A stretch of DNA of 64,000 nt from Takakia lepidozioides. Its lineage: Eukaryota > Plantae > Bryophyta. The position numbers and the translations under genes were made by a program. The first letter of the stretch is position 1, and every line of letters begins with the position of its first letter. The DNA lies in NCBI GenBank assembly GCA_030704615.1, contig CM060732.1:18352001-18416000 (forward strand), written 5' to 3'. Below are positions 12,508 to 24,153 of this stretch, piece after piece. The notes under the pieces were generated by a model, which worked only from the letters and a program-made list of their open reading frames with translations, searched no databases and had not been told where the DNA came from.

Positions 12508-13940
12508 ATGGAGCAGAGTAGCAACGGCACCAAATTATCGAGTCGCAGACACTCACATGAGCCGATTAATAACCACCTTATGCAGGTCTGGTTAGCACAA
12601 GGGCCGGTGGAAGGCAAAGCACCACGGAAGCTCACCCAAGGCGAGATGAATGAGCTCAGACTGCAGGTGCAGAACATTGCCACAACTACTATAGACAATG
12701 TCTATAGTAGGATAGCGGAGCTACAGGAGGATGTAGACGGCCTGCAGACTTAGGTGGAGGACCTGACTTCAAATATTGATAAGAGAGTCTTTGTACCTGA
12801 GGAGCAGCTGATGGCTACTTATTTACAAGCCAGAACTCTAATCTTTCAGTCTTCTTCGCAAGGGGTGCAGGAGATGCCACTATTACCAATACCACAACAA
12901 GTGACTGTGCCGGTAGCTGACCCTGTTGTTACTACAGCCACACCAACCGCCACAGCTTGAGGTATGGGGGGATGCTGCTTTTAACCCACCTAGGACTCCT
13001 ACTGCACGGGAGTACAGTCGGGCTATGATTATGCCCTTCAACCAAATTCCCATTGTGTTGGATTTGGCTTGGAATGAATTTAGTCCTCCGTAGTCGTTGG
13101 CACATTACTACCAGATCATGCGCATTTGGCTGCTAGTGGCAACTAGGACTAAGGTTCTTCCGAACAATCGACCCATTGAGGATCATCACTTTGCGAGGTA
13201 TTGGCATGAAGCAAATACCATGTTGAAGGAATTAATTGCCTTCCAGGTTGTACATGGGTACATTTATACCAAGACCAAGGAGGTAGCAAGTATTGTCATG
13301 GGCTGCGGGTTATACTATGCTGCTTGTTTTCTGGCACGTTATCACATTGAGCAGCAGAAGATGCAATCGCGATTTCTGAGTTATTCCAGTGGGGATCATT
13401 GGGTCTTACCTTCAGTGCCACCTCATATGTACCTATATGATGCAAAGGTTATGATGCAGAAGGAATCCCAACTTCGTTCATGGTTTCATTCGGCTTGGAA
13501 CAATTTGACAACACATAAATTTGGCCCTGACATGTGGGGGACGTGGGATATTTCATCCTAGAAAATGCATTACTTTCCGATCATCCCGCGATTGAGGGCA
13601 CATTTTCTTTAAGGGCCATGAGGCATGGAAATACTTGCACTGTTCCCAAGTCATTGGCACACCACTCACCTATACGGACAAGGAGTTCAGGGTGTTCACC
13701 AATTTTGCCATTAAGAGCTTATAGCAGGTTGTACAGTGTAAACTTCCAGACATGGTGAGACCACATTGTATGCCCCAACGGATTCCAGTTAGAGTTCGAC
13801 CGTTAAAACACCTGAGGGGCGACGAAGACTCTGATACTATTGTTTCTTCAGCGGACTCTTTTGACATGGCAGAGGACTACGCAATTCAGATGGCAGAGAA
13901 GAAACGACGGGGATCTCATATGCCTGAGAGGTTACCATGA
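12508..13940 (+). pseudogene. Degraded unidentified ORF (coiled-coil segment) upstream of a Gypsy-type PPT; probable extra ORF of an LTR element
   Basis: Chain of coding-like ORFs (12508-12960, 13097-13561, 13752-13940) directly 5' of the PPT at ~14115; no recognisable domain. Confidence 0.35.
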
Positions 13941-14095
13941 TATCAGCCAAAGGAGGGACTGACATTTCCAGGTAGTGCTCAATCATCTCCGTCAACCAGT
14001 GACAGGACTCGGGCTCGCACACGGAGTCCTTCACGAGACTCTCACCGTCAGAAGGGTGCTCGCTCACAAAGGTTTGCTAATCCCAAACAGTAAAC

Positions 14096-14560
14096 CGTGA
14101 GGACACGGCTTTTTGAGAGGGGGAGGGGTAAATGCTAGAGGGCTGCTTGGGACTTAGACGCTTTTACGGGTTCTGTGGGGTACCCTTAATTTTTGCGCAG
14201 ACTGAGACCAACAGGAGCCTTAGGGGTGACAGCAGCGCACTTTAGGGGGGGTTTACACGGCCCGACACAGCCCGACACAGTCCGTCACAGCCAATCAAAG
14301 CTGACACAGCCCGACACAGCTTCGCACAGCCAGTCACAGCCAACACAGCCCTCACAGCCAACACAGCCAACACAGCCAGTCACAGCTCGGCACAGCTTGA
14401 CACAGCCTGTCACAGTACATGGGGAACAGTTATCAATGGCAGGGAACGACTGTGAGGGAACGACATCTGAAGAAGGAACGTGATACTTCGGGGATAACGG
14501 TTAATTAGTTAGGTGGTTAGAACAGCTTAGGGGGCAGATAAGGAGAGCGGCAACGGAAAT
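14096..14560 (+). mobile_element. Gypsy-type PPT and start of a 3' LTR (TG at 14133); LTR end not found
   Basis: CCGTGAGGACACGG-CTTTTT-GAGAGGGGGAGGGGTAAA-TGCTAG, the typical pre-PPT hairpin plus purine tract plus TG. The right boundary given here is approximate. Confidence 0.55.
14255..14416. repeat. Degenerate (ACACAGCC/TCACAGCC)n minisatellite within the LTR
   Basis: Repeated CACAGC units with ~9-10 bp period. Confidence 0.8.
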
Positions 14561-15865
14561 AATGACACTTCACGGGGGAGCGCTTGAGGGTTATGGAGGA
14601 GAGGAGATCAGGCGGAGAGCAAGAACGAGAGCACGGAGTAGGAGGAGAGATGAAAGAGAGGGTCTACGTTCAAATTCCGCAACAACGGTCGTCTTGTTGA
14701 TGCCGTTGTGGACCCTGTTACCTACGATGTCCTCTACAACTATGTGCCCCACTCCAGTATGCCGAAGGACACAAAGACAGGCAAACCGTGACGGTACAGC
14801 CAGACCCGGAGCCCTGCTTCCATACAAACCCTCATGGAGATGTGCTCGGATGTCCAAGGGCGCTCACATGCGGCACGGGTAAGCCTTCACGTGCACAGTT
14901 TGTCCCCTGGCCCGATTGCAATTGCATGCCGCATGACCGCCCGCTTTGTCCCTCAGGTGCCTCAATATGGGCAGGGACGTTGTCCGACAGGCATGTCTTC
15001 GCCTTCGAGCCAGATACTGCCCTCCCCAACTCCGAACTTGCAGCGGCTGAACGTTTGCCGAAAGAGGAAGATGCATCCTCGGAGGATGAGGAAGAATCCG
15101 ACAAGGAGCAGGGGGAGGTACAAGTTGGGATCGAGGCCGAGGAGCCCCCGGTTTACGAGTGAGTGGTCGCATTGTAAGTTGCCTCCTGATTTCTTGAGGC
15201 ACCTCCCTTCACTCTCTTATTTCATTGAAAGACCATTTTTTGCTTATCCTGGTATTGACATTCTTAAAGTGGATTTGTTCTTACTACATGATGCCAAGTA
15301 CTGCAGGAGGAAAGTCTACACCGCAGTTCATGGGCAGGAGGAACGTGCCTTTTTTTTGCCAGGGGGGATTTCATGCCTAGCCCAGAAAGGGACTACATCC
15401 TTCCTACTTATGCTGCCCGGCTTACTTCAGTGTCCATTATGAGGTCTTTCGAACCTAGTCGTGTACAGCAGATTTTAGACGAGGCAAGCCTCAAGAAAAT
15501 GAAGATGAGGGAGGAGGCAACAGCTATTAGAGCCCGTCAGGCTCGTAGATTTGTCTTGATTCTGCTGAGGAAAGTGGGGGAGAAGAGGCAGAAGATTCCC
15601 AGGAGGTGAGGTGGACAGTCCCCCAAAGAGAGGACAAAATTTTTGAGAGGCATAGTGGAACTGATGCATCACAGAGCTCGGAGGATGGGGGATGAGGGGA
15701 TGAGAGGAAGGCGGGGCAAGTTCCTCGGATGGTGTAGGAGAGTAGTGCCCATTCCGGCTATGACAGTTAGGACACACTTGTATAGATGTGGTTTGCCACA
15801 AAATTTGCAATAAAATGTTGCATTTCATTGCTATGACGAGTCCACTGGTGCCAAATTCCAACTTC

Positions 15866-15979
15866 ATATGACCCTATTTCCGTGCCTCCTAACCCTATTT
15901 CCGTGGACACACAATGGTCCGCTCATGCCTTTTTTTTTTTTCCGCTCATGCTCATGCCGCTCATGAAATAGCAACCCCC
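15866..15979 (-). mobile_element. Isolated terminus of the same TIR family, abutting a truncated LINE RT
   Basis: The minus strand reads GGGGGTTGCTATTTCATGAGC, with CCTATTTCCG and GCTCA subterminal motifs. The LINE RT frame breaks here, just before the expected LDFEKAYD motif. Confidence 0.6.
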
Positions 15980-17075
15980 TTGCCAACGGCTGCTCCGAGC
16001 ACTTAGCCTTATGCATAGCCTCCTTGATTAGAAGTATATTGTCAAGAATCATTGTATCTGCCCTTGAGAAATCCAGACATACGAGAGAGAATTGGTTGCA
16101 ACCAGCTCAATGCTAGCGCTTTAGCAATGATTTTGTAGCTGGTAGAATTTAAAAGCGTGATTGCAAAGCGATAATTGGAGATGAGGCTTCTGTCACCTTT
16201 ATTGAAGATTAAGGTGATAAGATCCACAGAAATCTGAGAAGGCACGGTGCCTTTCTGCAGGATATCTTGGGCCAGGGCAACAAAATCATCAACAATAGTG
16301 GACCAGAGGGCAGCAAACAATTCAATGGGCAAGCCGTCAAGACCGGGCATCTTTCCCGAATGAAGAGACTGCATAGCTTTGGCAAAGCTCTAAGTCAGAA
16401 AGCAGGGAGGAAAGAGACTCCTTAAAGAAGGGATGTGACTGAGAATAGATTCGGAGGCCATGGCAGCCTCAGAGGAGAGAGATCTTTTGGAGAAGAGGGA
16501 GGCAAAATGCTGTTCAGCAATTGATGCCATAGTCTTAGGGGAGGAGGAGGAAGTCCCATCAGGGCTTGCAAGGGAAGCAATTGAAGAGGCCATTCTTCTT
16601 TGCTTTGCTTTGATAAAAATTTTGTTTGGATATTTTCTTACTTTTAAGGGACCAGTTAACTCCAGCTTTGAGACGAAGAGCATTCTCCTTTTCCTGCCTA
16701 AAGTTCCACAGATTGGCTTTGGCTCTATTGTAATTCATGAGAGTGGAAGGGCCTTCATCTTTGTTTTCCAGGAGCTGTTGACAAAGATGAAGACATTTGA
16801 GGAGACATTTTTCTTTGTGGGATCTAGCCAGTGCAAAGTCTCTAGAGATCTCTTGAGACCTAATGCGAATAGCCTCCAACTTAGAAAGGAATCTAAGCGT
16901 GGGGGAAACAAATTGATTGTCAGAAGAGGACCAGAGTTTAGACATGACTTCAACCATCACTGGGGACTTAAGCAAGGATGGATTTAACTTGAATTTAAAA
17001 CCCCTCCCTTTAGCTCTATAGCGTGGAACAGTGAAACGAGTCCTAATCTCATCATGATCAAAGTCTATTTTTAAA
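15980..17075 (-). mobile_element. LINE ORF2 fragment (linker and RT N-terminal part)
   Basis: GKMPGLDGLPIELF, ITLIFNKGD...NYR-AITLLN..YKIIAKAL, GFLKGR, DNILLIKEAMH; frameshifted. Confidence 0.9.
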
Positions 17076-17119
17076 AAAATTAATTAATTTTTCCACTCTG
17101 CCTGTTCGCGGCCTTCCGT

Positions 17120-17425
17120 GGCTCTAACCGCCACGACTCCTCACGGCCCGCCCTAGGCGCTCGTTGGCCATGGGCTGCCTCGTGATACCCCGTGGTACCA
17201 CACCCACGAGCCTTCACGGCCCACCATCCCCACGATCTAGTCACCGTGCCAACCCGTGGTGTCCGCACCACTGCTTCCCACGGTCACGGTCAACGGTCAC
17301 AGTCAACAATCATGGCCTGGGCTCGTGGTGTCTCGTGATACCGCCCCAACGGCCCATCACGGCCACTATTCCCTGCGTTCCCTGGAACTCCCAATGAGTT
17401 CCCATGCGTTCCCACGCGTTCCCGA
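17120..17425. repeat. GC-rich low-complexity tract with repeated CCCACG/CACGG motifs
   Basis: Many CACGG/CCACG units and a duplicated CTCGTGATACC segment. Confidence 0.5.
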
Positions 17426-18819
17426 ACTCTTCTCGAGCTGGGGTTGGATCCTGCACCTGCTGCCGGCGAGCTATGGCTTTTGCGAAGCCACCAGACCTGC
17501 TGTCATGCTCTCTTAGGCTCTCACGACCCACCAGAGGCACCCTAAACTCAACAAGCAAGCAATATGTTGCCCAACAAGCTCCATTTCTTCATGAAGCTCA
17601 CAAAAACGAATCTGAAAATACACACCTTTACAAAATTGGTGCACCTGCACTTCTCATGCATATTCCCTGGCTCTAGGGCGCCTCGTTGCTACCCTTCCAG
17701 CCCTGCTCTTGCCACTCCAAGAGCCCTTACACTGCTGAATTTCAGATTGAAACTCCAACTCAGCACATGCTTCACAAGTGTTCTGATTGCACACAAGAGG
17801 GACCAGCCCCCTCTCTTCACTCATACCTCCTCATAAGCTTGGAGCTGAAGCTCCCAACGGGCTGCGATGCATCCCCTCGTAGCTCCACCATTTGGCTGCT
17901 CCTCATCTACCCACAACAACTAGTTTCGGGTAGAAATACCTAGAGCTGATCATATCATCTCCAACCTGCAACATGCTAGCTTCCCATGCACAGCCCACAT
18001 TTCTGTAGCTCCTCAACTCGGCCTGCAGCTGAAGAAGACGACCACCAGTTCGCCCACTCGTGGCTAGAACCTCCTCCGCTTCACACTGAACCGCATACTC
18101 AGTTGCCATACCGTTGAGCTATGCAACACTGACCGCCTCTCTATCCATTGCAAACCTGCAACCTGTTCGCCTTTGCACTCTATCCGCTTTGGATAGGCTC
18201 ATGCACGGATCCCTGCACTCTAGGCTAAACCGCTTTTCATGATCTGAAAACACAAGTGCTACAACTAACTCGAACCTGGCACTCACAGACTCGAGCTAAT
18301 CATCTTTCTCGAGTGATAAAGAAAGGAAAGATACAAGCACACAAGCTCTCTCAAACTCACATACTTGCACATGAAAACATCACTCATATATTAAGTCGAG
18401 CCAAGTGCACCCCACGCCATGGGGAATCCACAATACGGCGCCATAGCTAGACGCGGTGAGGCTCAACTCGAGAAAGATGAGCCCACCGTGATCTGCCGTG
18501 AAGATAACAACGCCAGGTGCCAAACAAGTATTGGCCCCTGGATTGACACTTGGGTCAATCCCAAATGTCAATATATAAAAGCTAGCTATTTCCTAGCTAA
18601 CTTCATACTAGTGGTAAAATAACTTGACAGGGAGGACATTGTCAGTGATGCTCCCACGGCCAGCTTTTTCATGGATCACTAAGCAATCACTCTCTGACGG
18701 CTCTTCTGGGTTTTACCCTATGTCAGGGAGTTTCCCTTCCTCCGGAGGTTTCCCTGCGAGTGTTAAAGTTTTGTAGGCACGTTTCACCTTGGTTCACACT
18801 ATTCTGGGATTTCCAGGAG

Positions 18820-20506
18820 GGGGATTGCTAAACCGTGAGCAGAATCCATGAGCAGAATTCTGCTCACGCTTCTGCATATGCTCACCTATGACCGCGGACA
18901 CCTATTCGGCCTAGAAGACCTACTACTGCGGGTTGTGTCTGGTATATCATGCATACGTCATTCATCATTATGGATGAATGATGGATGAACGATGGATGAA
19001 TGGGGGATGAATGTATGTTCGACGAATGGCACATGGATGAATGTAGTTTGTGGATGAATGCAAAACTAAGATACATTTTTGAGTAGTGGTAGCTAAATCA
19101 CCTAGCTCTAGAGTGAACCTCTGCCCACTGGTGAGGGTTGTGATTGTCCTTTCATCAGGTATCAGAAGTCGACATAGTTGCTGACACACAATTGCAAAGA
19201 AGGTGGAGAGGCCATTTGGTGCTTCAAACTAAATAGTTTAAAAACTACAGATTCATTCCGACGAAGAATATTCTATGCTACTGGAGTCGGCGTCCGAAAT
19301 GAAGGCAGAACTGTCTATGAAGACACTAGCCCTGCTTTGCACAAAACCCTCTCTGTTTAAAAGCACAGCAGGGGGAGAAGAGATGAGACTAAATTCCGAA
19401 GCTGCAGCCTCCGCATAATATGACAATTTAAAATCTGCTTTCGAACTTGGGAAAAATTGCGGGTTTGCAAAGAAAGGGAGGAACCGTGGCGACCTTGGGC
19501 TCATGTACACACACACAAACAATGTAAGTCCACATACATTCTGCTGGCCCAACTTGTGAAGGAAAGATGGAAATAGAAGGATGTGCCGTCGTGTCAGTGA
19601 AGTACCACAACTGAACTAGCACTTATTCACATGAGAAATCGGAATCAACATCCAGAGCATTGGGTTTTTGCAGATCCTGCTCCATAACAATGTTCTCGGT
19701 CTGGGTCGAATGCGATAAACCCCCAGACAGAGGTGCGATGACTTGAGAGTAGAGCTGCTCGTCCCACTCCATCCCAAAAGATCCCAAAATGGTTGCAATT
19801 CACTCTCATGATTAAGGTGTCGTCAACGACATCTTAATCCAGGCACTAAGAGGCAGGACTCCATAACTGATGTTGGCAACTTTCAAAAAAATCTGACCAT
19901 GTTAGATCTTCATTCATGGCAAACTCATCCCAAGAGGGCATGGATTTAAGGTATCGTCAACGACACCTTAATTCCATCTCTCAAATAGCAATCAAACAAG
20001 AGAATGGCACAACACAGAACAACACAAGACTTCATTGAAATTGAAAGTAGGGACAAAGGTGCAGAGTTGAGGCCACCTTGAATCAAACGGTATCAAAGGT
20101 TGAGAGAAATGCTCACACCCAAATCTAAAGAAGGCAGAGAGGTGAACTCGTGCTTTATAAATAAACATCTCAAAACACGTACTGGGAATTAAGATGTCAT
20201 TGACGACACCTTAATCCCCAGCACCTGCACACACACTGCCTTACCGCCAAGGCTTGTTCGCCATCAGATTTTTTCGGGTGAATTTTTTTGGGGTTTTTGT
20301 TTTTTCCATGAATTGTCATATGCCAACTCGTACTGGGATTTAAGATGTCGTTGACGACACCTTAATTTGGCACATTCAGGGGGGAAATAAAATAAAATAA
20401 AATAAAAGAGTTTTGTTTTGTTTTTTTTTTTTGGAAAACTTGCTGGGAATTAAGATGGCGTTGACGACACCTTAATCTGGCACATTCGGGGGGGGGGGGG
20501 TGGCGG

Positions 20507-20542
<36 letters not shown>

Positions 20543-21816
20543 GGTTTTTATTTTTATTTTTATTTTTAAACTTGTTGGGAATTAAGATGTCGTTGACAAC
20601 ACCTTAATCCCCACCACTTGCACACACACCGCCAAGGCTTCTTCGCCTTGAAAGTTTTTTGGGTTGAAATTTTTTTGGTTAATATTTTTGGAAAAAAAAA
20701 TTCAGGGATTTTGGTTTTTCCGTAAGCTGTCATGTGCCAACTCGTACTGGGAATTAAGATGTCGTTGACGACACCTTAATCCCGAGCACCTGCACATGCA
20801 CCATGGTTCATTCATGTCGCTCATTTTTCATCCAAAAGTCATCCAACATTCATCCATTCATTTTTTCATTCATCTCAAAACCATTCAACTTGCAGCTTTT
20901 CATCGCACATTCGTACCATATGGTCGTCACCCATGAAGGATTATTCCGTCGGATGGGGTGGAGATTGTGTCCGTACAGTGTAATTTTTGTCCATGGCAAT
21001 ATGTCATCTTCTTCCCTCGGTTGTAGGCTCCCATTCACTAATCTGCTCACGTTTGCAATTTGCTCACGCTTAAGGGATTCTACTCATGTTTACCACTTAA
21101 AGCGTGAGCATGCTCACGTGAATTGCTCACACGGTAGCTACCCTCTTGCAAATGAGACCAGTCACTCTTCATGGATCCACTTTGTTCAAGTAAACCCAAA
21201 CCTTTCTCCAGTTTTGGGCTTATATATATATAAAGTGTTTTATCCTGTTTGGTGAAATTCCCATGTCCAAACAGGGCAGGGGATTAAGATGTCGTTGACG
21301 ACATCTTAATTCGTGCTTCCCTGAGCAGGATTACAACTCCCCCCTATGGTTTTTTCCAGGCAAGATTTTTTTTTTTCTTGCAACGATTTTCATGGGTTCA
21401 TTTCTCATGCTGAGCATGCGATTTAAGATGTCGTTGACGATACCTTAATGTCTGGTCCCTGTGCTTGCTGATCCCTCACGAGACATGCTCATACAGTTGT
21501 CCATAGTCCCCTCATCTGGACAACTTTTCATCCGTGCTTCATCCATCGTTCATCCATTTCACTTTTACATCCATCCCAAATCCATTCATCCGTGAATGTT
21601 TCATCGTGCATTCGTGCCACTTTGTCGTCATGGAGCCTTTCTATCTTCGGTCTGATGGAGCGGAGATTGCGTGTTAGTGAAGTTGGCGTCCACGGCAATA
21701 GGCCCACTTGTTCCCACGGTTTTGGGGTCCGCATCAGAAATCTGCTCACGCTTCGGGGAATCTGCTCACGATCCAGGAATCTGCTCACAGGTTCTGCTCA
21801 CGGCTTTGCTGCCCTC
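18820..21816. mobile_element. Non-autonomous TIR DNA transposon (~3.0 kb), superfamily unassigned
   Basis: Left end GGGGATTGCTAAACCGTGAGCAGAA versus the reverse complement of the right end GAGGGCAGCAAAGCCGTGAGCAGAA (ungapped). Flanked by the direct repeat AGGAG (18815-18819 and 21817-21821). Mirror-image TGGATGAA/TTCATCCA subterminal tracts; no transposase ORF. Confidence 0.8.
19811..21449. repeat. Nine dispersed 28-bp palindromes ATTAAGATGTCGT-TG-ACGACACCTTAAT
   Basis: Copies start at ~19811 and 19945 (CA-centred orientation) and at 20188, 20339, 20449, 20581, 20753, 21283 and 21422 (TG-centred orientation). Confidence 0.92.
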
Positions 21817-22416
21817 AGGAGGGAGCTCCGTCACACCCCCCCCCCCCCCCACCCCCCACCCGACAATGAGGATGTTGTTGGCTTTGTGTCTTTTATAGGG
21901 AAAACGAAAAAAACTCTGCTCAGTCCCATGGCAGCGACCTCGCCATCTGCTCTGCCAGGATCTTCTATGTAGGTAAGCTCAGCTTACTCCGCCTTCCCCT
22001 GGTTCATCTGCTGCTTCCCTACTCGCTTGCCCTCCAGGTGTCAAAGTGTTTGTTCGAAGGCACCTCTGGGTAAAGCGTTGCCACACTTCCTCCATGATAC
22101 TGGGTTTCAACCCTTGTCTGAAGGCTGTACATGGCCAGGACTCTGGGTTTGTCGAAAATCACTCTAAGCTGCGCTTTATCCCTACTAGAAAGTCTCAATC
22201 TGTCTCTTTGATTGGGGAATCTAAGAGAAGATCTAGAAAAGACTCTAGGAGAAGTCTATGGGTTGGTATTATCACCCAAGCCACTGTACTTCCCCCCCCC
22301 TTCTAGTTTCTATTGGATTTCCTCTCTTCTTCTCCACGACAGAAGAACTGTCTTTCTATTTCCTTCCTCAGGGCCATCATTTTGAGAGGATCTCTCGAGC
22401 CCTTCCTCTTCAATTG

Positions 22417-23115
22417 ATGTCTTTTAGCATAAGGTCATGGAATATTAGGGGCATTGGGTCGGATGCCAGTGCCCCTAAGAAGTCCAGAATTGAAAGGTGG
22501 GCGGCCTCTTTGCTATCAGACAACTCCATTATCTTCTTACAGGAACATAAATTGAATGATTCAAAGATTGCTTCATTAGGTCAGTTCATTTGGCCTTCTA
22601 ATCGTGCCTGGTGGAATAGAACTGTGCTAGATTCGAGAGGTGGAACATATGTCCTGATCTCCCCCGGTTTGGCCAGTCACATTTTCGCAGTGGACACCTG
22701 GATCATTGGTCGCGCTCAGTTTGGCACGCTCTCCATTCCTGGATCAGGCTGCAAGATTGGTTTCATCAATATTTATGCTTCTAAAAGCATTTCTAATAGA
22801 ATTTCTTTTTTGCAGATGCTTAATTCTAAGGTCTTGAGTTATCCTAACATTGACCAGTGGATTCTGGCTAGGGATTTCAATATGACAGATAGGTCCGATG
22901 ATAGGTTGGATCCTGGCTCCTCCAGCCTCTCCCCCGACAAACTTAGTGCTTGGGAAGCCCTTTGTTTTTCTGTTGGCTTCATTGATGTTTCCATTCCTAG
23001 TGATAATGAGCTCCGTTTCTCATGGACTAATTGCAAGGCACCTCCTGAGCTGGTCATGGCTAGACTAGACATGGTGTACTGCACCTCTGGTATCACCTCT
23101 TGGGCAAGTCCGTCT
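22417..23115 (+). mobile_element. LINE ORF2 N-terminal AP-endonuclease fragment
   Basis: SWNIRG, FLQEH, INIYA, DFN, FSW and RLD motifs; truncated before the poly-A run at 23131. Confidence 0.9.
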
Positions 23116-24153
23116 CCTTTGGGGCCTGCCAAAAAAAAAAAAAAAAAAAAAAAACTTTTTTTCACTCGTTTCGTGGGACCTTGATGGGGAGGCTGGGCTC
23201 TGTAGAACAACGGTTATGAGCTAGCTGATCCGGCAGAAAAGTCGGAATTGCCTCCTTGTTGCGTTTTAACAAAGGGGATTACCCCCCTGCAGGTAATCTT
23301 TTCAGGTTTTCAGCCCAATTCTTAACTATGGGGGAGACCAGCCTGCAGGTAATTCCTTTGGACAGAATGTTGTTGGGGCCTATATGTACCTCTATTTGCT
23401 CCATATTTGAACCTTCAGCGAATGGTGTGGTTTCCTGAGGTGGTTCCATTATGAGGAATGGCTAGTGGACATAAGGAGGCACTGGCGGACCCGGTGGAGG
23501 CTTGCATGGGGCCTTGGAGGCCAAGTTTCATGAGCTCGTGGAGGGCAGTTTGAGGAGTGTCTACAGGATGCTCACATGGTCATGCAAGTGAGAGAAGAGA
23601 GGAAAAAAGAGGGTGTTGGGATGAGAGCGTGTTGGGGATAGACATTGCTTTAGTTTCCCTTCCTCGTAGTTTTCCACCTTCTCTGTAGGCCGAGACCTTT
23701 CCGTAGGTGGAGGCAAGAGTCAGTCCGGGTTTGGGTTGGGTTGCAGGAGCGACACCGTGGAGTTGTTTTTGGTGTGGGGGAGTTGTTGTTTTCATTCTTG
23801 TGTTTGGATCCCCTCCACATCTGCATGCTTGATTGTGCGCCATGCTAGTTTTATGTGGGCGCTTGATTTTATAAGTGGTGGACTCGGGCTTAATCGCCGA
23901 TCCCACCCTAGAGCATGTTGTGGCTGGGTTGATGAACAGTCAGACCATCTTTGTTTATCATGTGGTGAGGTTGGTGGTGATGACCAGCCAACTATGGGAG
24001 TGCCGGCGGTGGATGCAGGTGCAGGTGCAGGCTATGTTAGGAACCTAGTATTCCAAACCATAAGCCGCATCAGGTTCTCTACCCGGTTACCTTGTGGAGA
24101 GGGGGTTAGAGACAAGTTCTTGACCGGTTGAGTGTCAGTTTGTCAACACGGAG

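Noticed and set aside
18811-18840. PPT plus LTR start (GGAGGGGGGAT-TGCTA), likewise at 10363-10375
   Set aside because: Better explained as TIR termini: there is an inverted match at 21816 with a flanking direct repeat, and no adjacent pol sequence.
19811-21449. CRISPR-like array of 28-bp repeats
   Set aside because: Irregular spacing, both orientations, homopolymer-rich and partly duplicated linkers, inside a TIR element.
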